From Gnetum montanum (Eukaryota > Plantae > Gnetophyta), in NCBI GenBank assembly GCA_015680685.1, contig MNCI01002568.1:642258-706257 (forward strand): a stretch of 64,000 bases of DNA. Reading direction: 5' to 3'. The notes under the pieces were generated by a model. The model worked only from the letters and a program-made list of their open reading frames with translations. It was not told the origin of the DNA and did not search any database. The translations under genes and the position numbers were made by a program. The first letter of the stretch is position 1, and the number at the start of each line of letters is the position of its first letter. Below are positions 36,579-50,506 of this stretch, piece after piece.

Positions 36579-38466
36579 TGTGAACAGTTTAACCCCAAAT
36601 CTGTGCAAGGGCCATGCTGGAGAGAAACGGAAACGAGGTGCCTTGAATGGTCTGGTTGATCAGATAGGGGCTTAATTGATGTATCTTAACCTTTCATAAA
36701 CGTTTGTTTCAGAAGCGAGACATGTGAAGTAAATCGACGATTGAAAAAAGTAAAATGGTGAAAATAATGCAAAAACAACAATGATAGTAAGTGAATAGAA
36801 AAATAGACTTGGGTGAGAGAGTGCACCATCCCAAAGGTCATGGATTTGATCCTTTTGCCTTGCTAAAAAGTGTACAATAGGTTATGCAACACAAAAGAGG
36901 CACAGCTTACACAGAATAGTATAGTCATAGGTCTTCTGCTTGCTACTCTATTCGCTAAGATGCCAAAATGCTCCACTTACAAAGGGATTTTTGGAGCCAA
37001 CTAGAGAACTTAAAGGTAACCAAAATGCTCAAAATGCCAACTATGCTCTCCAAAAGCCAACTTAAAAGAAAACTACACCAAAAAGACAACTTTTTTTCCA
37101 ATGAAGCCAATTAGCCAACCTTCCAACCAATTTTTTGCCAACATCCCAAATTTTTTTGCCAACCTCCCAAGCATTTTTTGCCAGCGTATTTATAGGGCTA
37201 GGAGCAGGAGAGAAACATGGTTTGGATACCATGTGTCCTGGGCCCCTACAAGGTGCTAACATGTCCATACCATGTAGGTGTGTGATGCTGGATGTGAACT
37301 TTGTTACGCTATGAGCATACTATTGCAATTGCATGTGCCAAAATCTAGTGTGCCATCAATGTAAGAAAAATGGAGCCTATGCTCCATGACTACATCTTCC
37401 CTCCTCTTACGAGCAGGGTCAATCATAGGAACAATTTTTTGGGAGTTAACTAGGGGTATGAAAAATGAAGTTAAATTGCTGATTTTGCCAAGGAGATGCC
37501 AAAGTGAGAAAGATTATTGCCAACAAGTTCTAGAGCTACCCGAAGATGTCTTACTGCTTCCATGCCAGTGTTGCACTACTCACACTGTTGAGCACATTGG
37601 TGTAGCATAAGTAGCTGCTTGCTACATTGTGCTACTCTACGTAGCGTAGCATAGCGTAGCCACTAGTCTTGATAGAAATTTGCATAGGAGCTAAAAGCTT
37701 TGGTGTGGGGCTTGGTCAGGCAAACTACTGCAACTTTTTTCCTTCATGTCAAGAATCCTTTGAACTTGCTGAATTCATGTTTGGAAAATTTCTATTTTTT
37801 TTACATTGTTCCTATGTTGTGCTATGCTATGTAGTGTAGCACAGCATAGCAGCCAATGTATCATGCTTCCTTGTTCAATCTACCATCTTTCTAGCAAGAA
37901 ACTTTGCTCAAGACCTAAGGGTTAAGTGGGACAAACAGTTTGGAGGCCGAAGCATTGCCAAAGTGCAATCTTGTTGTTGGAGTCATTTGGCAAAAGGGGA
38001 CCTTTGTGCATTGCCTTTGCTATGCTGTGCTATGCTACATAGCATAGCATAGCATAGCACCTTGTGTTGACTGAAGCCTGACTTGTCTTGCAATCATTTT
38101 GTTAATTCACATTTGGACACTTGAGTGGTTATCTTTGAAGGCTTGCTACATTGCATAGTGTAGCATAGCATAGTAAACATTTTCACTAAAAAAATTGCCG
38201 AACTATTTTCCTCATCTTGAACACTTTTGACAAATCCTAGCATGGTCTCTAGGTAGACTATCAGCCGAGTCAATTGTCTAGTTGAGCAAGCTGCAAAGTC
38301 CAATGGGCCTGTCAGCTCTAGAGATAGAAAACTTGCTAGACTAGATAATCTATCCTTGGTGTCCACTGTTCTGTCAGCTCATCATGATGCTGCACATGTG
38401 AAAATCCTTGCCCAAATTCCAAGACTCTACTGAAGCATGAGGGTCCCAAAATTTTATGGTGTTTCA
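36579..38466 (-). repeat. 5' LTR of element C
   Basis: Direct repeat of 20040-21959, lacking about 46 bp next to the PBS. Confidence 0.95.
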
Positions 38467-38471
38467 AGCAT

Positions 38472-39870
38472 GATATTGATTTTGGATAGGTTTTGAGAAG
38501 CCTCAAAGAGTTGTTGATGAAGAGGATAGATCAATGGAGGGATTATCATATTCAAGATGAACAATTATTTAAGAATGGAAAGTTATGCATTTCAAATTGT
38601 GATTTTAGAAAGAAAGTTTTTTTGAAAAGCATTGTAGTGGCATGGAAAGTTACATGGGCAAGGATAAAACATTGGAACTTATGGGTAGGCATCATTTTTG
38701 GCCTAGTATGACAACAGAAGTCTCAAAATTTGTGAAGGAGTGATTAACATGATATTGCTAATTTTCAAGGATCCATGGGAAAGTATGTTAATGGACTTTG
38801 TGAGTGGCATTCCAAAGATCAAGAGTGGAAATGATGCAATTTTTTATTATTGTGGATAGGTTCTCCAAGATGGTACATTTTATTCCATGCAAGAAGATGA
38901 GTGATGCCTCTCATGTTGCAAATTTTTTTTTCTAGCATGTTGTGAAGTTGTGTGGTATTCCTTTGAATATTGTTAATGATTGAGACTCCAAGTTTACAAG
39001 TCATATTTGGAGGTCCCTTTTGAAGATTTTAAGAACAAAGTTGAATTTTTCTTGTGCATATCATTCACAACTTGATGGCCAAATGGAGGTGGTGAATAAA
39101 TCCTTGCTAAATATATTGAGATGTTTGTGTGATGGACAACAAAATAGGTGGAAAACCTTGTTGTGTCATGCTAAATTTTCCTATAATAGTGCTTTTCATG
39201 TTGCAATTGGCAAAAGCCCATTTGAGGTAAACTATAGATTCTATCCAAATATGGTGGACACTTTGTAGAGCTTTGATGGTGAAGCTCAAATTAGCATTGA
39301 TTTTGTGCAAGAGATGAGAGATCTCCATGCACAAGTAAAATCAAATCTTAAGAAGAAGGTTGAAGAGTGAGTCCTCAAGAGGAATGAGGATAAGTAAAAG
39401 CCTAATTTTGCTATTGGTGACTTGGTTTGGGTGCACTTGAAGATGAAACAGTTGAGAAGAGTTAACTTCTTCAAATTGAAGGCTAAGAAGATTGGGCCTT
39501 TCAAAATCAAGGCTAAAATTAATGATTATGCTTTTGAGATTGATTTACCAAATGATGTCCGCATGTCTTTTGTGTTTAATATTTTAGATCTTGTGCACTA
39601 TCATGGACCAACTAATGAGAAGACCATATAGGAAAACATCAATGAGTTGAAGGAGGCTATTGATTAATCCAAGTGTTCAATGGAGAAGAAGGCAATCGTA
39701 CTTAAGGAAGGGAAGCTTCTAGCATTCAAGGAGTCAAGAGGCATGAATATTTGATCCATTAGGAGGATCAATCTACTAATGATGTTGTATGGATCCATGA
39801 GAGCAAACTTGTTGAGTGGGGAATCACTTCTACCCCTACTCCCTTGTTCACATGAGTTTACTTTTTGAAG
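38472..39870 (+). pseudogene. Element B integrase with a C-terminal chromodomain-like segment
   Basis: [42 protein letters not shown], then EYLIH*EDQSTNDVVWIHES near 39745-39805. Confidence 0.88.
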
Positions 39871-39881
39871 GGTGGGAGAGC

Positions 39882-40885
39882 TAATGTAGAAACACCTTTT
39901 TCGATTCCCTTGTGCTTGTCCTACAAGTTGTTTTTGCAGGTTTCATGCTTGGAGAAGACTTGAACATGTGTGTTCCATTTTTATATGTGTCTTTGTGTTG
40001 AATTTTTATGATGAATATTCTTGGATGTTTTTGGCATGTTTGAAGGTGTTTTGGCTTATTTTAATGAGTTCAAGAGGTTCTAGGATCTATGGGGACTTGT
40101 TGAAAGACATTCGGAGGCTTCCAGCATCAAAATGAACACTTTTATTTTTGGCACCTTTAGGATAAACATCTCTGCAAATAGAAAAATGTCTTTCCTAAAG
40201 TGAAGATGTCTCCCACCCATAGAAGACATCTACAAAAAATAGCATATGTCTCTCCTAAGAACAAAGCTCTCATAGGAGATGTCTAAATGATACCAAAGAA
40301 ATCTATGCTAGTGAAGAAGAAAAGCTTAGACGTGGCATTTCGATTGGGAAACATCCAAACAACTTTAGCTCTATGTGGAAAACATCTATGGAGGAAAATA
40401 GAAAGCTTCCTAGGGTTTTGGATCTATATAATTATGTATTTCTTCATCTATAAGGAAGGAGGAGAGCTTGTATGCAAGGAGAACTAGGCAAGAGATACTG
40501 GGTGAGCACATTGGGTGAGTGCAATAGGTGATTGCAACTCCAAGATCAGCTTGTGGTGTGTTAATCTATGCATTCTATTCTCTTATATCTCACTTGTCAG
40601 TTGAGATCTCAGTCTTGGATTGTAGAAGCAATTTCTCTTGGTTGTGTCATGCATTAAGAACAACCATTGTGTGATTGTAGAGCCTTATGCTCTATAATAT
40701 TGCTTGAGTGTGATAGGTTTATGGATGCTTGTGGGTTATGTAAACCCTATTGTAATCTTTGAATAATTTAATTGAAGATAACCAGTTTTTATGTTTTTCT
40801 AGCAAACAAATTTTCTTTGCATAATATCTAGAGTTATTGTGTTGAAGGTGATTTAATTATGGAGTGAACTTGCCCCATGCTTTCA
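39882..40885 (+). repeat. 3' LTR of element B (about 1 kb)
   Basis: Follows purine tract GAAGGGTGGGAGAG; the last 150 bp match 16623-16772; ends CA. The start may be 39882 or 39885. Confidence 0.85.
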
Positions 40886-42438
40886 ATCTAGTTAGCCCCC
40901 AAGACCAATCCATGCAAGTATACAAAGATCCATTGAATGCACATAATAGCCCTTACACAATAGTAGCATTTAATATTAGCAATCGATCAAGACCTACCAG
41001 GGAGTCATTCATGATTTGGGTATCTCCTTGAGATAAAAGGGGCCCTTCAACTTCATCAAGTTCAAGGACTCATTTTTTAGTAAGGATACCATCACCTTCA
41101 TCTCCCATGAAAAAATTCATCATCAAATTGCTCCCTTCCACTACCATTAAGCCCACAACCCATGCTGATCAATGCCCTCCTATAGTGGCCAATGCAACAA
41201 CCTCCTCGTAGCCCAATAATAAGAAGTCATCAACCAAGCAACATAAGAAGCATGTCCCCAAGCCTAATACTTAAGACAAAAAGTAGATGAAGGTGTGGAA
41301 GGAATTGGTCCACAAAATTCCACACCTATTTTAATGATCCCCATGAGCTCCAATGCTCGAATTGCTTTAACTAGTTAAGTAAGCGAGGATTGCAAACCAC
41401 AAGAGAAGGGAAAGGGAACTAAGCCAAAAATGCTAAAGCATGAAGTTTGAATCTTGGGTAGAATGGAGAAAGTTAAAGGTAATAAGAACAAAAAAATAGC
41501 AAACAATGACAAGAATTTCCTCAATGCCATGGACCAGGTGAAACTCTCCTTTAAGCAAAACAATACCTCCTTGAGCCTGTATGACCTAGTAATGACCTTC
41601 TTTGCTTACCATGAAGGCTTAGTAAGGATGTTGACTTCAATTCCTAAGAGCGGGGACATTCCTATGAATGAAAAATCCATTCACATAGTAATGGTGCCAT
41701 CTTTGCCTAGGGAAGAAACAAAGTCAAATACCCTAGTGTTTTGCGATAGTGAGATAATGACCAATCCCTAGGATGGTGAGATAACAAGGGCACCTTTCTT
41801 TATAAACATAAGGATTTGGCAAAATAAAATACATAGGGTACACATTGATTATAGGGTAGCAACCAATGTAAAACCTTTTATGGTTGTTAAACAACTAGGC
41901 CTAGTAGAACACATGCAAAGCACTCATACTTCTACTCTCAAACCCTTCAATGGATCACAATTAGTAATGAAGGGTTCTATTTCTTTAGACTTTGTAGTAG
42001 TGAAATAATTCCCCACATTTGCCAACTTTGTAGTGGTGGAAGAGATGCCAAGATTTAATCTAATCCTAGGTAGGCCTTGGTTAGCTCAATTATGAGTAGT
42101 TTTCTCTCCCATTTATCAAAGAATTTCACCTACATAATGAAGAGGATGAAATAATCATACATGGAGATAGTGCGGTCCCTTTATCAATCAAAAACATTGA
42201 TGTGGAACAAGGGTTCGAAGTGGAGATTCAAGAAAAAAATCTTACTATCAAGAGCAAAGTTAAGAGGCCTAACAAAGTAGACCAAGAAAAAATTGAAAAA
42301 AACCAAACCATAAATGCAATGTGGGAAGAGCTCCCATTTAATGTTGTCAATGAGGGAAATAGGGAGTACATGATTGTGCAATAGAGGTTGTATGTTTTTC
42401 CTAATCTTTTGAAGATTAGAAAAGAATTACACAATTGA
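40886..42438 (+). pseudogene. Element D gag C-terminus and protease
   Basis: QDQSMQVYKDPLN, KQNNTSLSLYDLVMT, RVHIDY, EEMPRFNLILGRPWLAQL, WEELPFNVVNEG; stop near 42438. Confidence 0.88.
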
Positions 42439-43199
42439 GTACATCTTTTGCTTGCTAAATCCTATCTTAATACTGAGTGGGCTTTTCTTTTTATTTTTAT
42501 TTCATATCCTAGTTTCAACCTTTTGTTTACATGTATCATTTTGCTTCACCATGCTCTGCCTTATTTTAGTCTTATTATAAGTACTTAGCCTTGTGTGTAC
42601 ACGTTTGCATAATTTTTTTTAATTTATGCTCTTTCATGATTTGTCTTTTATGCTTTCCTTTAAAAAACATGAAAACATCATAAAAATTTTAAAACATAAA
42701 AAATCTATAAAAATTATTAAAACATAAAAACTCATAAAAATTAGCTATGGCCTATCAAGGCCTTAAACTAGCGATGTAGCATAGCCTTTTTCCCTACCTC
42801 ATTATAGCCCATTACACTATCTTTTATACTTTGGTTTGCTTAATTGCTTTATGTGTACATTTTCTTACAAATTTTTGCTTTATAGCCTTACACTTAAAGT
42901 ACATAGCCTTTATTATACAAATAAAACATAGAATACATACAAATACATGAAAATAAAAATACTTAAAAAATATATGAATATGCAACATTAACATATTATA
43001 GCCAAAGTGTCCATACCCAATATCCGTAGTCACACAGTGTGATGAAAAATTAACCATGATAACAAAAATAAATGAAAGTTTAATAGACATAGTTGCACTT
43101 TGCAATGGTAAAATAAATAATAATAAACTATCTCATGGCCTACAATGACTATGAATAGCCAATAAAAATAACATCAACACCATAGTTAAAATAACTAGA

Positions 43200-44260
43200 A
43201 ATGTGATAAGATTGATATGCCTAAGGAAAAACTAGAGGAGGAGGAACATGATCACCATCATGACGATTAGGGTCTTTGCCATTACCTAATGCCTCCACCA
43301 CAATAAGAATATAAAATAAAAAATTAATTAGTAGCCAGTATAGCCAAAATATAATCATAAAAACAAAACAAAAAAAAGTATAACCTAAGCTAAAAAATAT
43401 TTGAAATAAAAACTCTAAAACAAGCCTCTAAAGACTCTAGAGGAAGGTCCTCTAGGAAAAATCTTAGAATACCAACCTCTAAATGGTAAAAAAAAAATCT
43501 ACTCTTCACTCATATTAGCCTAGTCTATTTCTCTAAGTTTTACACCTATTAAGATGTTTCTCTTCTCAACATCTGTCCACTTAGGGGATTCTCGAGAAAA
43601 TGAGGTAGTAGTAGCCTCTCTAGAAGTTGTATTGATCTATGAAGTAGGGGAATCAAACACTACTAGAGAGCCTTCAAACAGATTTAAGACATCCTCTACT
43701 TTTATTCCCTACATAAACATATGAAGCTTTCAACTCTTCACAACCTCCTATAGCCACTTGAGGTAGCTTTCCTTTTTTGCCTTGTATTGTCACTTGTGGT
43801 CCTTTTGTTTCTTACTCCATTTAACAATCCAAGCACATTGATCCCTCCAATCTCTAAGCTTATTCATTGATAAATCCTTCTATATGTCCTTTCTAGCATT
43901 GCTCCTAGTGAGAGTAACCTTGCCATGGATGGCACCCTATTATCACAACCACTTAATTTCCTTAGTATGCAAAGAGTCTCTATTGAATACACAAGCATCT
44001 ATAAAGTCCTTGCAATCTCTAAGGTCTCTGATTTTAGCTACCTACCACTTGTTTACAAAGCCACAACATTTTCCCATAGGAATTCATTGGAGCATTGGCA
44101 CTCCCAATAAGTCTTAGCACATGAGAGGGCAGACTTAGTAACCCCTTCATACAACCTTTGTGGAACATTTTCCACATCAGGTGGCAATGTAGGAAACTCA
44201 TCAAGTGCAATGTCATGCTCAAGATCCCATCTAACCTTGGACACTACAATAACCATAGTA

Positions 44261-44296
<36 letters not shown>

Positions 44297-46796
44297 TACA
44301 CATAAAAAGTAACAAGAAACAAAAGTAATCAAGAACATTTTAAACTATTAAAATCATGTAGTTGTAAAACATAGAAATCCATAAAAATATAAAGCAAAAT
44401 ATAAAAAAATATATGAATGATAAAACACTCAAGTAAAAATAGGCTAACTATTCTTACCAACATCGGGACCTATTTGTTGCAACTGACCAGCCATGTCTTC
44501 TATCATGCTTTGCATAAACTTAGTCTTGTCTAGAACCTCAGCCCATCATTTCAAACAAAACATGGAGGTGGATGCCTCCAAAAGAGTTTCAAGAACTCCA
44601 AAAAGTATAGCCATTAACATAATTAAACAATCAAAAGAAACTAAATGTTTACATAAAACTATAAAATAAAATGCATGAACCAAAATGAAAAATTATCTAG
44701 AGGACAATGTGGGATGTCAATAGGAGGTTTATCATCAAACGTCAAATCTTCAAGTATAGCACCTAGGGCATCCAATGCTTCATCCTCTTACTATCTTAGT
44801 GCTTCCTCTTCTTAACATCTTGCTCTTCCTTAGCCTCTGCTTGTGTTGCCAATTCCTTTTGCTTCCCTATAGAATTGCAAAAGCAAAATGTAGGATAAGT
44901 TAGCAAATTTTGTGTAAAAAAATATAATAACATTAGTATATAACATCACAACATAAAAATATATGTAAGATGACATAAGAAATAAAATTAAACCAAAATT
45001 CATATAAAACATACTTGAAACAGTATGATGTGCCTTGCCAAACCTAAGGGATATCTTCTTCCTTGATGGTTATTTAACAATAGGAATTGTTTCTTCAACT
45101 AGTGGCCTTTTCAACTTTGTCTTGGCTACATCGTCAACCACTACACATAACTCTTTGGCTCTCTTAGCATTCCCACAAGCAATATGGGATTCATTCCCCA
45201 TGTTGTTAAGGAAAGAACAATGTGCACCACTAAATTTCTTAGTGGTAATTAATAGTGATTCTCCAACACTTTTAACTAGTGGGTCTTGAACCTACATAAC
45301 TAGAACAATGTGTTTGACCTAAGGCTTGGAAAATTAGAAGGGATCATAACTCATCTATTTTTCATCCTTTTTACCACTAGTAATTCCATAAACCTTTTTT
45401 GATAAGCAACAAAAAATGCAAAGTGCATGTGGCATGTCATATCAAGATTATTGAGGAATTTTTGAAACTCCTCCTATAGCTCAAATACCAAGTATGTATC
45501 CTAGTTGAATTTAGTATCCTTTATGAGGACCTTCTTCATGGTCCAAGCCTACCAAATACCAAGGATCTTCTTTTGTGATAGAGACAAGGGAAATGCTCTA
45601 GAGTAGAATAAAGAATACATATCATTGACCTCCATGACCACACACTGATCTAAGGTCAACCCTCCACTAGCATGAGAATTAAGTCACTTCTCAACCTCCT
45701 CTCTATGGCTCACCTCTTTCCCTATTCTTGTGCAAACCTTGATGTCATTACAAGGTTCATCTATGAGATCACTAAATATGAATTCATTGATGCTCAAGGT
45801 AATAGGAACACTGTGAACATAAGAGATGAGTTTTGTTTTAGTTCTTTGTCAAAGTAATTAATTACATTTATTATCTCTATAGTAAGCATTGATGGACTAG
45901 GAAGCATAAATAAATAAAGAAAACCTACATCAATGATCCTTTGCTAGATCTCCCTAGATGCCTTGCTTGCCAACCACTCCTACAATGAGTCAACTTCATC
46001 CTACTTGAGAATGAGATTCTCCTCCTCACATCTTGAGGTGATTATGATAATGGTAGGTTTAGGCATAAGGCCTACAACCCAAAGCAAATAGCCCATTAGC
46101 CTTTGGTATGAGTAAATCATACAAATCCAAAAAAATAATAAATAAAAATTAAATTTATGATCACACAATTAAAACCAATTGACCAATTAAAGCCAAAGTA
46201 GCCATAAAACAACACAACTAGAAAATGTTGACATCACATGAACAAAAAAACGTTTTACATACTTGGCTTAGGCAAGAGAAGAACCCTAGAAACCACAAGT
46301 GCATATATGCCCAAGTCTAGGAGATTCCACTAAGTATGAGTAGTTCTAGTGGCCAAACACTTGTGGTAGACTTGAGAAAATCATGAAGTATATCTACTAA
46401 AGTCATCCTTTAGTTGTTGCAACATTACAAGTTTCATAGCTGGGCCTTGTTCAAAAACTTCCAAGGTTGTATCTATCAAAGGTAGGGCTTGGTTACTTTT
46501 GATCAATCCTCTATCATGCATCCTATACTTGCAACATGAAAACAAATAATTGTTAGAGCCAAATAGCCTAATGAAAATAAGAACCAAACAAAAAATTAGG
46601 ATGGAACTTATGCTTACAAAAGGTATAGGGTGCCTAGAGGATTCTATAACAAACTATTGATCTAGGGGCCTACCATTAAGGTCATGTTGACATTATACTA
46701 AATGAACTCAAGCATGTTCCAAATCTAGGATAACTTGCACGTCCCTAGTGTGTATGAATCATCATGCCAATCACCTTCTACTCAAGTGCTAGGATT
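43200..46796 (-). pseudogene. Antisense accessory gene of element D, continuing at 51748-51938
   Basis: VRWDLEHDIALDEFPTLPPDVENVPQRLY...YWEC matches A LKWDPRQTIKVNVVPEIPSKVTKVPHHIY...LWEC. Donors at 46617, 45014, 44457. The 3' boundary is approximate. Confidence 0.78.
44262..44290. repeat. (TG)14 microsatellite inside a predicted intron of the D antisense gene
   Basis: Read directly from the sequence. Confidence 0.97.
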
Positions 46797-47855
46797 TGTG
46801 AACCTTTTGATGTGTCCAAAAGGTTAAGTAAAATGGAGTCAAAGGTTATTTGTATGACTATGTGGTTATTATGTTTGTAGGACTTAGTACATGGGAAACC
46901 AAGATGAGTTGAAGAGGAAAAGGAATGAAATGTTTAGAGATCAAAGGAGGAGGCCATTCACATGATCTTTAAATGAACATGCAAGAATTTCAATGAACAT
47001 GGACAAGGAACAATAAATTCAACAAACAAAGAAAGTGGAAGAAAGACATCTCTAGGAAATAGCAGATGTCTTGGCAAAATTGGAGTAATCTCAAGTAAAG
47101 ATGTCTTCAATAAATAGTAGATGTCTTTTCTAGGAAAAGACATCATCATCACAAAAATATGTCTTTACTAAATGAAGGTTAGTACCAGAAAGACATCTTC
47201 CACAAAACAAAGATGTCTTCTAGAAATGAGACTTTAGAAAGATGTCTTTCATGAAACAAAGACATCTTCCCAAAATTTAAGTCAAGTTCAAAGAGATGTC
47301 TCAAGCATGAAGAAGACATCTCTAATGACTATTGGCTAGACATTGCACAAGTTTTGAGATGGATTTCGAAACACAATAGCTATAAAAAGATTTGATATGC
47401 ACTGGAAAATATGCAAGCATTGTTATATTCATTGTACAATCATTTGTAATAATTGAATTCTCTATTTCTCTTCATTGTCTTATCATTTTAGCATTGTAAA
47501 GTGTGCTATACCTAATTGTACAAGGATAAGAAAACTAAGTTGCAATTATTCATTGCAATTTTTGTTCTTGTTGCCCTATGGGGTCGATGTGTTTGAGCTT
47601 GTCTAGATCCTATAGGATTGAGTTTTTGGTGCTACGATACAAGACTCTAGTGTAAAGCTCAAGATTATAAAGGTTTTAGAAGCCTTAAAACCACATTTAA
47701 GAGCAACAAAGTCTAGAGGTGTTCTTGCAATCTATCCTCTAAGTATGGGCTACCAAAGTTGAGCAGCCACGTTAAATTTGGTGTATGTGCTTTGTTTATT
47801 TAAGTTTTATTTTGGGAAACTTATTCATCACCCATTCTAAGTTCAATGATCCACA
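46797..47855 (+). repeat. 5' LTR of element E
   Basis: Direct repeat of 50507-51747, shorter by two internal segments. Confidence 0.92.
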
Positions 47856-47910
47856 AGTGGTATCAAAGCTTGGTATTCTTCTCTATCATCTTCTACTTCA
47901 ATAGTGAATA

Positions 47911-48700
47911 ATGGAGGGGACATCTTACAAAAATTCATCCATGTTTAACAAATTTGATGTCATCTATTGGAAAGCTAAAATGTAAAGGTTCTTCGAATTG
48001 GTGGAGTTTGAAGTATGGGAGTTAATTTTGAAAGGCAATGCTCCACTTGTTGATGATACCATTGGCATCATTAAGGCTCACAACATATGGTCTCAAGAGG
48101 AAAAGGATAATTTCATGTTTGATTCAAAAAAAAAAAATTATATTGTGCATTAAATAAATTTGAATTTAATATGGTAGCAAAGATGTAAAACGGCCAAAGA
48201 AATTTGGCAAACTTTAGAAGCTACTTATGAAGGAACCTCTAGTGTTAAATAATCAAAATTGTTATTTTTACAAATTGAATATGATAAACTCAAAATGAGA
48301 GAACGTGAGAAAATCAAAGATTTTTTAGAGCTAATGATATTGTTATAGCAATTAGAGGAATAGGAAAGGATCTACCTGAAAGTAATGTAATTATCAAAAT
48401 GATCAAAACTCTTCAACTAGAGTTTTGACCTAAGGTCACAGCCATGGAGGAAATTAAAGATTCCTCAACTTTGAAATTTAAGGAAATTCAAAGTATTCTT
48501 ATTTCCTATGAAATGAATCTCATAAGCAAAGGAGTGATTTAGGAAAGATCTATTACTCTAAAGAATGCCTCCAAGGAGAAGGAGGCCAATGAGCAGGATG
48601 AGAGAAATGAAGATGAGATTGCTCTTCCCTCACAATTCAAGATTCAAGAAGAAACTCCTAAAAATCAACCAAAAAATTTAGATGAAGAAACACATGAAAA
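47911..48700 (+). pseudogene. gag: Copia (SIRE-type) gag remnant of E
   Basis: MEGTSYKNSSMFNKFDVIYWKAKM*RFFELVEFEVWELI, AKEIWQTLEATYEGTSSVK, PKVTAMEE. Confidence 0.82.
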
Positions 48701-50506
48701 TGTAAGCTTAAGCTCAAGCTCAAGCATAGTAAGGTTTGATAATTTTGATCATAAGGATAATATTTTATTTGTGTGTAAAAATTATGGTAGTAAGCAAGCT
48801 CTTAGCTATGATGATCAAAGTAGGATTACTGCTTGATCTATCAAAAAAGCTTTGGTAAGGAAATTGTGCAAGTACCAACAAGTGAGAATGAAGGGAAGTG
48901 AAGCCTTGAAAATAATGCAAAAAGTGATCAAGAGTTCTATCATGAGAAACATGAACAAATAGAGACATCACATACACAATCTAATGAAAGAGAACCTAAG
49001 CATGATGAGGTACTTCATGATAGGGGACCTCACCTCAAACTCCATTAATCTTCTCTTCTCATTGGCAAGCAAGGTAAGTCAAGGTAAGTCTTTATCTCTT
49101 TGCTTGCTAGTTAATAAGTATAGTGTTTGAGAAGTTCAAAATTATCTATGCCATTTTAGATAAAAATGGTGGAATAAGTGTCTAGAGCATTTCTTACATT
49201 CATTCAAGATATTGATATAATTGGTTTTGTGAATATTTATAATAACACTCATAATAAATTCTCTTGGATCTTCATCTTATAGTAATTTTAGTTTGATTTC
49301 TTATCTTGCATTCAATCTTGCTTAATTAGAACTTCTTGTAATGATCTGATCTTAAGCTCATGTCCTTTGGAATATTTTTGATACTTATAAAATAAGATAG
49401 ATCCCTAAAAATTTTGTCAATATTATGGTTTGGAGATACTAGTCTCCACATTGGATCTAAATAAGTGAACTTCAGCTGAAACACTTTGATAATTTAAAGG
49501 CCCAAGAAAAGCTCCACATGTGTAGGGAGAGCCTACTCCTCATTATTCATCTTCATCTTAGAGGACACCGATGTAGGGAGAGTCTTCAAGATGTATTTTT
49601 TAAGTGGATAACTATGTCTTAAATTTGTGTTCTTAATATCCTATGGTAAAAATAAAGTATATGAATATCAACTTAGTTATCTATCAACATGGGTTGTGTT
49701 GTGTTTGTTGTATTGCTTTCTACAAAACCTTATATATGCCTTGTTCCATATCCTTTTGTTAATATCAAAGATTTGTTTTTGGGAGATACAGTCTTAATGA
49801 GGCACCTAGATAGAATGCTTATTCTTATTTTATCTATCTTTGTTCTTTGGCATCAAACTTATGTGTAGCTTCTATGTTTTGAATTAAAAAGAGCAAACCT
49901 CAATGTATCTTTAGTCCTCCTATTTGATATTCAATCATAAGATAAATCAAGAAGTACCTATTTTTGTAAAGAAACTAATTGATATTATGAGCAAGACATG
50001 ATAATTTTCTTGTGTATGCATCTTTGATTAAATCATCCATTGAATAGTTTGAATTTGATCTTTAGCATGGTTGATTTCATGTTGGAAATTGCTATATTCT
50101 CCTTATTATACAAATATTCTCTCTTTTGCTAATGGTTATCAAGATGAAGAATATTTAACTATTAAAAGAACCATGTACTACTAATGACTTATCGTTTTAG
50201 AGACAAAATACTTACTCTTCAACATACACACTTCACTTCATGCTTTAAGGTTGAATATCACTTCGAAGATTTGGATCAATTCTTGATAATTCAAGGAGAC
50301 CCCTTCATGGAACTTTTTGCTAGAAAATTTATTCTCTTACTTCACTAGATATATATTATCTAAAAATTATTGATCTATTTGTTAATCAATATTATGTCCT
50401 TTATCCTTTTTTGTTGCTATTCAAAAATGGTGATAGTAGTATGGTTATATTTTATGATTACTAACTCATTTTCTTAAGTTTTGAACATCACCAAAAAGAG
50501 GAAGAT

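Larger units (their letters stand above)
20040..38466 (-). mobile_element. Element C: two-LTR, 18.4 kb Tat/Ogre-like retrotransposon with AGCAT target-site duplication
   Basis: TG at 20040 and CA at 38466; AGCAT at 20035-20039 and 38467-38471; PBS, PPT and two LTRs; B pol continues across the site (YEH|DIDFG). Confidence 0.97.
16623..40885 (+). mobile_element. Element B: CRM-like chromoviral Ty3/gypsy, 5' LTR truncated, split by element C
   Basis: LTR remnant 16623-16772 matches 40735-40885; iMet PBS; gag-pol; PPT near 39866-39880; 3' LTR. Confidence 0.9.
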
